Shown in pieces: positions 53,095-61,305 of a stretch of DNA of 64,000 nt. The notes beneath the pieces were generated by a model. The model worked only from the letters and a program-made list of their open reading frames with translations. It was not told the DNA's origin and did not search any database. The position numbers and the translations under genes were made by a program. Location of the stretch: the IMG/VR virus record IMGVR_UViG_3300046777_002950; one strand, written 5' to 3'. This stretch comes from an uncultured virus (IMG/VR IMGVR_UViG_3300046777_002950) (taxonomy: Duplodnaviria > Heunggongvirae > Uroviricota > Caudoviricetes). Each line of letters opens with the position of its first letter. Position 1 is the first letter of the stretch.

Positions 53095-53370
53095 ATGACG
53101 GACTTATTTAACTTGTGCGAACTGAAATTCCAATTTCACTGGAAACGTTTGGGTACTATTAAGTTTATCAAGTTGCCTACATTTAAGATTGAAATTATTC
53201 AAGGGTCTACCTTTGAATATGGAAAATTAGAGTTTACATGGGATATTTCCCATGTAGACATCTCAGTCCCAGTTCTCTATTCTGAGTATATCAAAAACAC
53301 CCAAGAACTCCATGACTACTATTGGGCTGCTTACGAGAACTCAGGCGACCCTGACGATTTCCCATTTTAA
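53095..53370 (+). CDS. Hypothetical protein with an acidic DPDDFPF tail
   Basis: AAGGAG RBS; the C-terminus resembles the SSB tail DDDIPF. Confidence 0.7.
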   Translation: MTDLFNLCELKFQFHWKRLGTIKFIKLPTFKIEIIQGSTFEYGKLEFTWDISHVDISVPVLYSEYIKNTQELHDYYWAAYENSGDPDDFPF

Positions 53371-53648
53371 TTGTGCCAATTTATTGTCCCTGGCTAAAAC
53401 CTTTACAGGACAATAATTTCACTGAATACTGTTCAAAATTCTCAAAAACGGTTGGCACGATTGATTAACAAGATAATCAATATTTGGCATGATTGAGCCT
53501 GTTTAAATTTAATTTAAACAGGCAATTTTTATGGCTTTTTGTCATTTGGCACGATTGCTCAGGGACAAATTAAATAAGCTACACCTGCTTAAACTTTAAT
53601 CTAAGCGGGTTTTTTATTATCATTGGTAGTAGTTATCTATTTGTCACA

Positions 53649-54143
53649 ATGACTAACTACCAAGTCCGATATGGAAGTAATGTCAAAAAGCATAGAAAAA
53701 AGTGCCGCAACGCACATATAAGAACCCATGGGATTTGTTGTGTGTGCATGATCAATAAGTCTGAACAAGTCCATCACTCTAGCTACAGGAAGTCAGGAGA
53801 CAGATATGGGATTAATATTTTCCCAGTCTGTAAGCACTGCCATAAAACTGTCTGCCATAGCCCCAAAAATTGGATTATAGACCTTATAAATCCAGAATGG
53901 AAGAATCATAATACCGCCAAGTTTACAGCCCGCTTAAAGCGAAATTATCAACGGTTGCGGAAATTAAAAATTAATATTAAAAACCCTCTTAACTATCAAG
54001 AGGGTTTTGATTGCTTTATTGCTTTATGGTTTAATCTTCATCTGTGTCGTCATCTTCATCTGTGTCGTCATCTTCATCTGTGTCGTCATCTTCATCACCG
54101 TCTTCATCTTCATCACCGCCATATAAGTCATGAATGCTGCTAG
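53649..54143 (+). CDS. HNH-type endonuclease
   Basis: CCVC...QVHH..Y...NIFPVCKHCH. The extension beyond ~aa 110 is doubtful. Confidence 0.7.
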   Translation: MTNYQVRYGSNVKKHRKKCRNAHIRTHGICCVCMINKSEQVHHSSYRKSGDRYGINIFPVCKHCHKTVCHSPKNWIIDLINPEWKNHNTAKFTARLKRNYQRLRKLKINIKNPLNYQEGFDCFIALWFNLHLCRHLHLCRHLHLCRHLHHRLHLHHRHISHECC

Positions 54144-54225
54144 CCTCACGAACGACTGCGCATCTGCCTAACGCAGGAACGTAAGCGATCGCTTGTGCCT
54201 TCCCATCTTTCCATCTGTACTTCAT
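54031..54225 (-). CDS. Small protein with an extremely acidic C-terminal half
   Basis: ATG at 54225 behind a promoter-cassette copy; tail DEDEDGDEDDDTDEDDDTDEDDDTDED from 18-bp tandem repeats. Confidence 0.65.
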   Translation of the reverse strand: MKYRWKDGKAQAIAYVPALGRCAVVREASSIHDLYGGDEDEDGDEDDDTDEDDDTDEDDDTDED

Positions 54226-54435
54226 ACTTGTTTCCTGGTTTTGTTTATATATATAGTCTATCACGTTATATATTTATTGTCAACAGGTTTTAGAAAATAT
54301 TTTATAAATTCTTGAAACCATTATTTTATAAAGACTTGGGGAATTATCAGGGTAATCCTGTGGTTCTAGTTGTGCCTAAACAGAGCTAAGTTCCATTCTT
54401 TGCCGTAAACTTGACTACACAAGAAAATCTTTTAA

Positions 54436-54530
54436 AAGTTCAGTACAAATTATTTTAAAAATCTATTGACAACAAATAGTAGAATAGACTATAGTAACTA
54501 CATACACAGGAAACAAGGGAGACAAAACAA
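54436..54530 (+). promoter_or_regulatory. Repeated early-promoter cassette (copy)
   Basis: AAAGTTCAGTACA; TTGACA-N18-TATAGT with ATAGACTAT; GGGAGACA RBS. Confidence 0.75.
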
Positions 54531-54968
54531 ATGAACACTTACGCAATTACAAAAACCACCAAGAAATCAGTAACAGTAGTATTTACATTAGTAAATAGAA
54601 AAACCAAATCAACATCAGAACTAAAAAAAATTATTAAAACTTATAGCGATATCACAGATGGTCTAAGCTGGTTAGAAGAATCAGAGTTTGTAGCGTTCAT
54701 TGATGCTGTAAAATTCCTGCTAACACCGGAAGAGTTAGCTAAAATCACCAAAGTTTACACCCCTAACGCTATTCAAAAACTGGAAACAGCTAAACAAGTG
54801 AAAACTAGAAAAGATTGGTATAATAACCCTGCTAATATGGCTAAAATGAACCGCGAGATTAAAAAGATGCAGAATGATCCAGGGTTCATGACTGGTAACG
54901 ATATCACCAAAGAATTAATTGACTCCACAATTAATAAGGATGTTCAAAAATTATACGGACTTGCTTAA
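54531..54968 (+). CDS. Basic hypothetical early protein
   Basis: 145 aa with RBS, promoter and a downstream terminator (54981-55005). Confidence 0.75.
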   Translation: MNTYAITKTTKKSVTVVFTLVNRKTKSTSELKKIIKTYSDITDGLSWLEESEFVAFIDAVKFLLTPEELAKITKVYTPNAIQKLETAKQVKTRKDWYNNPANMAKMNREIKKMQNDPGFMTGNDITKELIDSTINKDVQKLYGLA

Positions 54969-55033
54969 ATTGAACCCTACAACCCTTGTTAATCAAGGGT
55001 TTTTTAATATCAAAAAATATTTACTAAAACCAC

Positions 55034-55096
55034 TTGACAATAAATAGTAGAATAGACTATAGTAGTTACATACACAGGAAACAAGGGAGACAGACA
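55034..55096 (+). promoter_or_regulatory. Repeated early-promoter cassette (copy)
   Basis: Near-identical to 54466-54530. Confidence 0.75.
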
Positions 55097-55555
55097 ATGA
55101 CTACAACATTAAACCAGTATACTCAACAAGATTACAGTGCAATTAACCGGGTTTTAAGATACGGGAAAAATCATGAGTCAGTAGAACAAATAATTGAAGA
55201 TTTACAAAATGTTAAATGCTTTAAAGGAACAGTCTACCGTGGCTTAACCCTTCGCAAGTCAGAAATACTGACGACTTTTAAAGTCGGCAAAGTTTATCGG
55301 GATATGGGATTTATGTCCACATCCAAAAGTCAAGTTATAGCCCAGAAATTCAACTGCTTGGGTGTACCCTTGTCCAGAACAGAAAATAGAGCAATCACCC
55401 TTGTGATTGAATCTAAAACCGGGAGAGATATTTCTAAGTTCTCTGAATACCCTGAAGAACGAGAGGTATTGTTTTTGCCTTTAACTGGGTTTGAAGTTCT
55501 TTCTATTGAGAAAGACGGCTGGGAAGAATATACAATAGTTTTGAAAGAAATTTAA
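55097..55555 (+). CDS. ADP-ribosyltransferase (R-S-E clade, VIP2/Alt-like)
   Basis: YT...Y..IN..LR, VYRG, GFMSTS, EEREVLF; true start is ATG 55097 after the GGGAGA RBS. Confidence 0.9.
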   Translation: MTTTLNQYTQQDYSAINRVLRYGKNHESVEQIIEDLQNVKCFKGTVYRGLTLRKSEILTTFKVGKVYRDMGFMSTSKSQVIAQKFNCLGVPLSRTENRAITLVIESKTGRDISKFSEYPEEREVLFLPLTGFEVLSIEKDGWEEYTIVLKEI

Positions 55556-55638
55556 TTAATATATCTCTTTAACTTGTAACCGCAGGTATTGCAGCGATCG
55601 CTTCCCCAGTCGTAAAATAGCTACACACAAATATTTTT

Positions 55639-55719
55639 AAAAGTTCAGTACATGAACTTGTTGACATTAAATAAATAGTAAGATAGTCTATATATAAACA
55701 GAAAACAAGGGAGACACAA
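55639..55719 (+). promoter_or_regulatory. Repeated early-promoter cassette (copy)
   Basis: Near-identical to 52475-52555. Confidence 0.75.
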
Positions 55720-55974
55720 ATGTTCATCGAATTTGAAACCGACAAATCTGAATTTATTGTTATTGACGTTACAGAAGTCAAATCCTGGGACAAAGACTCT
55801 TTGGTTAGATACGCATCTGACCAATTAGGAGTAGATTACGTTGACTGGAAGGTCATCAGGAAACTCAAAGATAGAAAGATTGCTAATATAGACTGGCGAC
55901 CCTTGAAAGTCGCTTATAGACAAGAATGGCTCACACTCAAACGACCACCCCGCAAGTTTTTTGTATCTATTTAA
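55720..55974 (+). CDS. Hypothetical early protein
   Basis: 84 aa with RBS. Confidence 0.7.
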   Translation: MFIEFETDKSEFIVIDVTEVKSWDKDSLVRYASDQLGVDYVDWKVIRKLKDRKIANIDWRPLKVAYRQEWLTLKRPPRKFFVSI

Positions 55975-55984
55975 AGGGTTTTTA

Positions 55985-56161
55985 ATGAAGTATAGTGAAG
56001 TGATGTTTGAGTCACAAACGCCTTGCGTTAGATGTAAGCACTTTAAAGTGCATGATGATGGTGGTACAGTTTGTTTGGCTAAATTTCCCCCTTTTTACCG
56101 TGGGGATTACCGAATCAGGAATCCTGACAAAGATTCCTGCAATAACTGGGAACAGATATAG
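55985..56161 (+). CDS. Small Cys-rich protein
   Basis: CVRCKHF...C...C..W pattern; likely ATG at 55985. Confidence 0.55.
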   Translation: MKYSEVMFESQTPCVRCKHFKVHDDGGTVCLAKFPPFYRGDYRIRNPDKDSCNNWEQI

Positions 56162-56170
56162 TGAATATTT

Positions 56171-56210
56171 AAAAACCCCTGGATTAGCAACAATCCAGGG
56201 GTTTTGTTTT
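56171..56210. terminator. Bidirectional terminator (duplicated at 57181-57220)
   Basis: AAAACCCCTGGATT-AGCAAC-AATCCAGGGGTTTT. Confidence 0.8.
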
Positions 56211-56217
56211 TGATTAA

Positions 56218-57039
56218 TTAAATCACTTCAACCACAGATGGATACCATTGCAACGACTGGACGGTTTTGTTGTGTCCTTTTGCAGTGTCTAAGATTATTT
56301 GAGAATATTGTTTTCCCTCCTCTGTGGGTAGCCATAAAGGGTTATTATTAGCAGTGTTTTTGACCTGTAAACCCTTTTCCGCTAGTAATGAGTTCATCTT
56401 CTGTGCTGACAACTTCACCCCGGTTCTAGCTTCATATAGTTCCGCTAGTTTGCCTGGTCTGATCAGCTTATCCTCAATGGGAATACTTAGCAGTGACTTT
56501 GATTCTTCCATCGCCGAAGCGAGCGCCGGGTAAATTTTGGCTATTTGGTTGGCCTTGACTGCGGCTTTTAAATTGGGGTGAACGTCAGTACCATCAAGTA
56601 TTAAATCTATAAGTATACTTGCATCTTGGCACAAGCCCACAAGCCCCCTATCTTTAAATTCTTGTTTTTCCCAGCCCACTTGTTTTTGCATCCATACCCG
56701 GACACCAATGGACGTGAAAACAGTATCCACAAGTTCAGCTTGTTTCTTACAATACCTACCAGCTTTATATGCGTAGTATTTGGCTATGACTGCGATTGCT
56801 ACATCTGGTATTCCTGCTTCTGACCATGAGATTTGTTCCGCACACTCAAACCCATATTCAGTAAGCATTTCGGCTAATTTGGAGGGGTTTTGTTCCGCAC
56901 TCTGAAAAGCCGCTCTCAAAGATTTTTCGTCAACATCCATCAGTCTAGCGACCGCACGAATAGAGGCTTTACCCTTACCTTCAGAGTCAACGGTAATTTC
57001 ATTCTTGATTTGTTCAACGATTAATGCTAAATTAGTCAT
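56218..57039 (-). CDS. Phage antirepressor-like DNA-binding protein
   Basis: N-terminal ASIRAVARL HTH-like segment; C-terminal SAQKMN.LL...GLQ...W.PTEEGKQY...LQW. Confidence 0.75.
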   Translation of the reverse strand: MTNLALIVEQIKNEITVDSEGKGKASIRAVARLMDVDEKSLRAAFQSAEQNPSKLAEMLTEYGFECAEQISWSEAGIPDVAIAVIAKYYAYKAGRYCKKQAELVDTVFTSIGVRVWMQKQVGWEKQEFKDRGLVGLCQDASILIDLILDGTDVHPNLKAAVKANQIAKIYPALASAMEESKSLLSIPIEDKLIRPGKLAELYEARTGVKLSAQKMNSLLAEKGLQVKNTANNNPLWLPTEEGKQYSQIILDTAKGHNKTVQSLQWYPSVVEVI

Positions 57040-57246
57040 GACAGATTAACCCGCCTTTATCGGGTAAAATGTTAACCAGTGATACAACCGTTCTGAGTGC
57101 GACTACACTCTTTACGGTGCTGGTTTTAATTATTATAGCACGTAATCGCAAATATAACAATCTTTATTGACGTATTGATTAAAAACCCTGGACTAGCGAC
57201 AATCCAGGGGTTTCGTTTTTGACTAATTAAATCAGTCCTTTACTGA

Positions 57247-57933
57247 CTAATTGACAAGCGTAGTTGTTTCGGGTAAACCAATACCAGGGTAAGCGACACG
57301 CCAAGCATCATGAGAGTATAAATTTTTCTCAACAAATCTTGGGCATGGCACTTTTTTAATTTCCAATCCCATTTTTACGGATACTGCTTTGAGTCTGTAC
57401 CACTTAAACCGAGTTTCTGAAATACCGTTAAATTTGGCTATGCGGACAATAGAGGAATAGTTGAACAATTCATCAACCGCTTCAGATAGGCACTCATTTT
57501 GTTGTTCTAAAAGGATGTTTTGTGCTTCTAGTCGTTCGTTCTCTTCTGCCAACTTTGCGGCTTCTAGCAACGCCTGAGAATAGGTTTTTGGTATTTGGGG
57601 TGCGATCGCTGTACTACCTGTTGACATCAGATTAAAAATATGTCCATCACACCACACAGCGAACTCTGGACTAATCCATCGAGCCAAGTTGATAGCTAAA
57701 CTAGGATGTCCCCAAGTTCCTTGCAAGCTATGATCTCCACCTTGCACTATTTCCGTTACCACCATTTGGTGTGAACGCTCCAAACAGTCAATATATTCTT
57801 TGGTTTTCTGCGCTTTCATGAAAACATCAAGTCGTTTCCCGTTGGCTTGACACATCTGGGTAAGGTTGATAAACCCGTTTTGACTGCGAGAAATTGTTTG
57901 TCCGTTATAATCAAAAACTGCTAGATTATTCAT
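57247..57933 (-). CDS. KilA-N domain antirepressor-like protein
   Basis: GFINLTQMCQANGK, QGTWGHPSLAINLARWISPEFAVW, PKTYSQAL. Confidence 0.92.
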   Translation of the reverse strand: MNNLAVFDYNGQTISRSQNGFINLTQMCQANGKRLDVFMKAQKTKEYIDCLERSHQMVVTEIVQGGDHSLQGTWGHPSLAINLARWISPEFAVWCDGHIFNLMSTGSTAIAPQIPKTYSQALLEAAKLAEENERLEAQNILLEQQNECLSEAVDELFNYSSIVRIAKFNGISETRFKWYRLKAVSVKMGLEIKKVPCPRFVEKNLYSHDAWRVAYPGIGLPETTTLVN

Positions 57934-58077
57934 GTGACCTCGGTATTAGGTTACTTCCCCTGCGGACTTGGTGTTATCAGCACCATCCGGCGAGGGGATT
58001 ACATAGTAATTATAACACATTTTATAGGCACTCAGGACACTTGCAGTTCTTTTGAGGCAGTTGTTTAAATCAATTTT

Positions 58078-58782
58078 TCATTTAACAGCGACTAATCCCA
58101 TAAAATTAAACCATCTCCAAAAACAATCAACAAACTTAAAACCACAATTACATAACAATTCTTCATTCCATTTAGCTGTTACAGGAACTAAAACTCCCTC
58201 TAGGCTTAATCTTTTTCTCTCTATCTCGTAAATAGAATAACCGTTTTTATGTTTTAGGTTATAGTAATTTTCTGTCATCAAACTATCAAGATTTGCGCTA
58301 TTGCCAATGACTTTTTCAACCAAAATAATTGCACCGCCTGGGGACAAGGAATCATAGCATCTTTGTAAAACTTGCAGCCGATATTCAATAGGAATAAACT
58401 GTAAGGTTAAGACGCTTAAAATCACGTTACAGTTTTGTATATCTACCCAATCTTTCCGCAAATCAATATTATATAATTCAATGTTTTTCTGATCTTTGAA
58501 CCTTTTCTGACTTGCTATTATCATAGGTTCGCTGCACTCAATTCCGTGATAATAACAATCCTTCCCACAAATAGCTGCAATTCTATCGATTTGATCACCA
58601 CGGCTACAACCTAAATCTAGTAGATGTCCTCCTGTTTTTAAGTAACTACAGGCAATATCAGTAACAGCTTTTCTCATTACTTCGTACTGCGGAATTGATC
58701 TAGCAAGCATATCATCAAAGATGTCTGTTACTGACTCATCAAATTCCCATTTATCTTTTGACGGTACATGGTAATTGTTCAT
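58078..58782 (-). CDS. cmoA: Carboxy-S-adenosylmethionine synthase (CmoA-like)
   Basis: WEFDESV..FDDMLARSIPQY, DLGCSRG, TLQF, PGGAIILVEK, K..NGYS..EI..KR.SLE and FNF all match the CmoA family pattern. Confidence 0.88.
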   Translation of the reverse strand: MNNYHVPSKDKWEFDESVTDIFDDMLARSIPQYEVMRKAVTDIACSYLKTGGHLLDLGCSRGDQIDRIAAICGKDCYYHGIECSEPMIIASQKRFKDQKNIELYNIDLRKDWVDIQNCNVILSVLTLQFIPIEYRLQVLQRCYDSLSPGGAIILVEKVIGNSANLDSLMTENYYNLKHKNGYSIYEIERKRLSLEGVLVPVTAKWNEELLCNCGFKFVDCFWRWFNFMGLVAVK

Positions 58783-59819
58783 AATTTCTCAAGTATTTCT
58801 AGCTGAATTGTTTTAGCAATATGCGACATCATAACAGGCGGTACAGCCCGTCCTAATCGTTCCCATTGTTGATCGTAACTACCAGATAAAATAAAATCAT
58901 CAGGAAATGCACAAAGTCTTTTAACTTCTACTATTGATAAAAGGCGACATTTTAATGGATGCATTACCTGACCGTTTGATCGGCATTGACTCTGACCAAT
59001 TGTATTTACAGGTTTGGATGGATTGGGACGTTTTAAAGAAAAACGTTCTGGATGCGCTCCTCCTAGTGGTGTTTCGTGCCATTGCTTTCCTATTTTATAT
59101 TTAGTAATGTCTGTTTCCGGTTCTAATACTATTTCTAAATTTTTGATCGCATCATTAAACGAGTATTGGTAACTTAGCGGTTTAGGATGTACAGGTTCTA
59201 ACTTTAAATCATTTCTCACACCCACAAAAATAGTCCGTTGTCTCATTTGTGGAACGCCCAACCATTGAGCATCTAAAACTTTACATTTGACATTATACCC
59301 ACAGCCTTTCAGTGCTTTTAATATTTCTAGAAAGTAACCTTTTGCAGTTCCTTTTATTAGTCCAGATACATTTTCCGCCACAAATACTTTGGGCTGAGTT
59401 CCTTTAATCAATCTTGCGTATTCAAAAAATAAGTCATCTACCCTTTGCTTTGTGTCTGAATACTTCTTAACTTTTGCCCACCCTGCTTCACGTTTACCAG
59501 CAGTCGAAAAAGCAGCGCATGGTGGCGAACCATCAAATATATCAATTTCACCAATTCTTAAACCAGTTGCTTTTAAAATATCTTCTGGTTGTACTAATCG
59601 AATATCTCTAGTATCCAGAATGGAATTAGTATGATTAGCTCTATAGCACTGTTGAGCAGCAGGTATAAACTCATTAGCCCATAAAACTCGATAACCTGCC
59701 ATGCGATAACCCAAGCAAGATCCTCCTGTTCCGCTAAAAGTAGAGACTACATTGAATCCGTTCCAAGGAATGTTTTTAATATCTTCCATAGAAGGGACTT
59801 TATACGCTGGTTTATTCAT
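58779..59819 (-). CDS. C5-cytosine DNA methyltransferase-fold enzyme, predicted carboxymethyltransferase
   Basis: FSGTGG, GSPPCAAFS, ENV, PQMRQR, RLCAFPDDF; motif X reads LGRAVPP instead of xGNAVPP. Confidence 0.9.
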   Translation of the reverse strand: MNKPAYKVPSMEDIKNIPWNGFNVVSTFSGTGGSCLGYRMAGYRVLWANEFIPAAQQCYRANHTNSILDTRDIRLVQPEDILKATGLRIGEIDIFDGSPPCAAFSTAGKREAGWAKVKKYSDTKQRVDDLFFEYARLIKGTQPKVFVAENVSGLIKGTAKGYFLEILKALKGCGYNVKCKVLDAQWLGVPQMRQRTIFVGVRNDLKLEPVHPKPLSYQYSFNDAIKNLEIVLEPETDITKYKIGKQWHETPLGGAHPERFSLKRPNPSKPVNTIGQSQCRSNGQVMHPLKCRLLSIVEVKRLCAFPDDFILSGSYDQQWERLGRAVPPVMMSHIAKTIQLEILEKL

Positions 59820-60352
59820 TTTCCACCGCTCCACTTATATCCACATTTAGGGCATTCGTGATCTGTTTCTATGCTTTCATCATATTCTTTAAAGTCACCC
59901 GATGTCCGCTTACTATCATCATTATTATTATCTTCCTGTTCATCATCCAAAAAACTTAATTCCAATTCCCCAAAGCCCGTTAAACCCAGATCAAAATCAC
60001 TATCCTGTAGAAACTCAAAATCCAGTTTCAACATATCAGGATCAAATCCAGTATTCATGGTCAGCTTGTTGTGTGCTAAACGATATGCCACTTTTTGAGC
60101 ATCTGACAGCCCGGTAACTTGAATTACGGGAATTACAGCATCACCCCGTTTCTTGGCTGCTAAAAGCCGACCGTGACCTTCTAATATTTCACCATTCTCA
60201 TCTACTGCCACCGGGTCAAGGAATGTAAATTCTTCTATGGAATTAGCTATCTGTTCAATGTGGGAATCAGGGTGCAACTTAGCATTGTTCTCATAAGGAC
60301 TTAGACGCTCAATGTCCCATTCTTCTATCTGACTACGCTTGATTTTGCTCAT
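59816..60352 (-). CDS. ParB/Srx N-terminal domain protein with a C-terminal zinc ribbon
   Basis: PYENNAKLH, SIEEF.F..P, GHGRL.AA, YRLAHNKL, CPKCG. Confidence 0.9.
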   Translation of the reverse strand: MSKIKRSQIEEWDIERLSPYENNAKLHPDSHIEQIANSIEEFTFLDPVAVDENGEILEGHGRLLAAKKRGDAVIPVIQVTGLSDAQKVAYRLAHNKLTMNTGFDPDMLKLDFEFLQDSDFDLGLTGFGELELSFLDDEQEDNNNDDSKRTSGDFKEYDESIETDHECPKCGYKWSGGK

Positions 60353-60644
60353 TAAAGTACCACTTATACGCTTTATTCATTACACGCTGTATCATATCAC
60401 GTTTATCGTCACTGAGTCCACTAAACTCAATTAATTCATCCACTGTTTGCTTGGGAATATCCTTCAGTAGTTGCCCCAAAGCAAAACCCACAAATGCAGT
60501 ACCTAAAATTTCAATTCCTGTAAAATCTAATTGCACCAACTCATTACGTAGTAAGTGGTAATGAATTACTCTGTACAAATTTTCTCCATGTTCAATAGCG
60601 ATCGCGCTATATCCAGTAAAATCAAAAATCTTAAATATCTTCAT
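60333..60644 (-). CDS. STAS-like (DUF4325-type) protein
   Basis: GENLY..I, VQLDFTGI....AFVG.ALGQL; likely ATG at 60644. Confidence 0.7.
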   Translation of the reverse strand: MKIFKIFDFTGYSAIAIEHGENLYRVIHYHLLRNELVQLDFTGIEILGTAFVGFALGQLLKDIPKQTVDELIEFSGLSDDKRDMIQRVMNKAYKWYFNEQNQA

Positions 60645-61188
60645 CTTCACCTCTGCTTGGATCAATAATTTGGTAGCCTTCTCTAGATAGCTTATCAGCA
60701 GCTGCGTTGACATCAACAAAGTATTTAATTCCTCTAGTTTCATTGATGGCACTTGTTGACCGCTGCAAGGCTTGCGACCATTGATTTGTTTCAGGTGCGC
60801 TATGCAGAGAAATTGCTTTCTTTCTTTCTTCTCCTGTTAGTTCTAAATCCTCTGCCAATTGCCTAGCTTTAACTTCAATTATTTTAGCTACATAATCCCT
60901 AGCGAGTTTGTGTACTTTGTAGTTTTCAATGACAATTTGAGAGAGTTCATCTGATATTTTCTCAGATGCTTTTTGTATAGTTTTAACTTGAATAGTTGTC
61001 TTGAGGGTGTCTTGGTACTGTCGCCTTTGGTCTACCCATAATTCTCGTCTTACCCATACCTCAACAGTTCCCTTACCTAAGCCAGCCTCGACAGCCAGTT
61101 TTCTAATACCTATATCCTCTTCACTTTCAACGTAGCGACGGCGACACTGTTCTTTAGTCCATGGTTTTGGTAGTTTTTCCCATTTCAT
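60631..61188 (-). CDS. Probable terminase small subunit
   Basis: N-terminal HTH (YV......IRKLA...G....V..W.RRE.W..QR) followed by coiled coil; next to ParB and a methylase. Confidence 0.65.
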   Translation of the reverse strand: MKWEKLPKPWTKEQCRRRYVESEEDIGIRKLAVEAGLGKGTVEVWVRRELWVDQRRQYQDTLKTTIQVKTIQKASEKISDELSQIVIENYKVHKLARDYVAKIIEVKARQLAEDLELTGEERKKAISLHSAPETNQWSQALQRSTSAINETRGIKYFVDVNAAADKLSREGYQIIDPSRGEDEDI

Positions 61189-61305
61189 AGCATTAAAAAC
61201 TCAATATTTTTATTTTTAATAGTTACATATAATTGATTGTTATGTACAATATCAGTAGAAATATTTTGATAAATTTTGTTGAATATATAGCCCGCTTAGA
61301 CGTGA

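Noticed and set aside
53452..53560. TTGGCACG repeats as sigma-54 promoters
   Set aside because: The spacing to TTGC is wrong and cyanobacteria lack sigma-54.
53980..54143. His/Cys-rich HLHLCR repeat tail on the HNH ORF as a metal-binding domain
   Set aside because: It is the antisense reading of the acidic DEDDDT repeats and lies beyond a terminator-like hairpin.
58078..58782. CmoA as an auxiliary tRNA-modification gene
   Set aside because: No cmoB or tRNA gene in the window, and it is coupled to a DNA MTase with the Cx-SAM-type substitution. Not strictly excluded.
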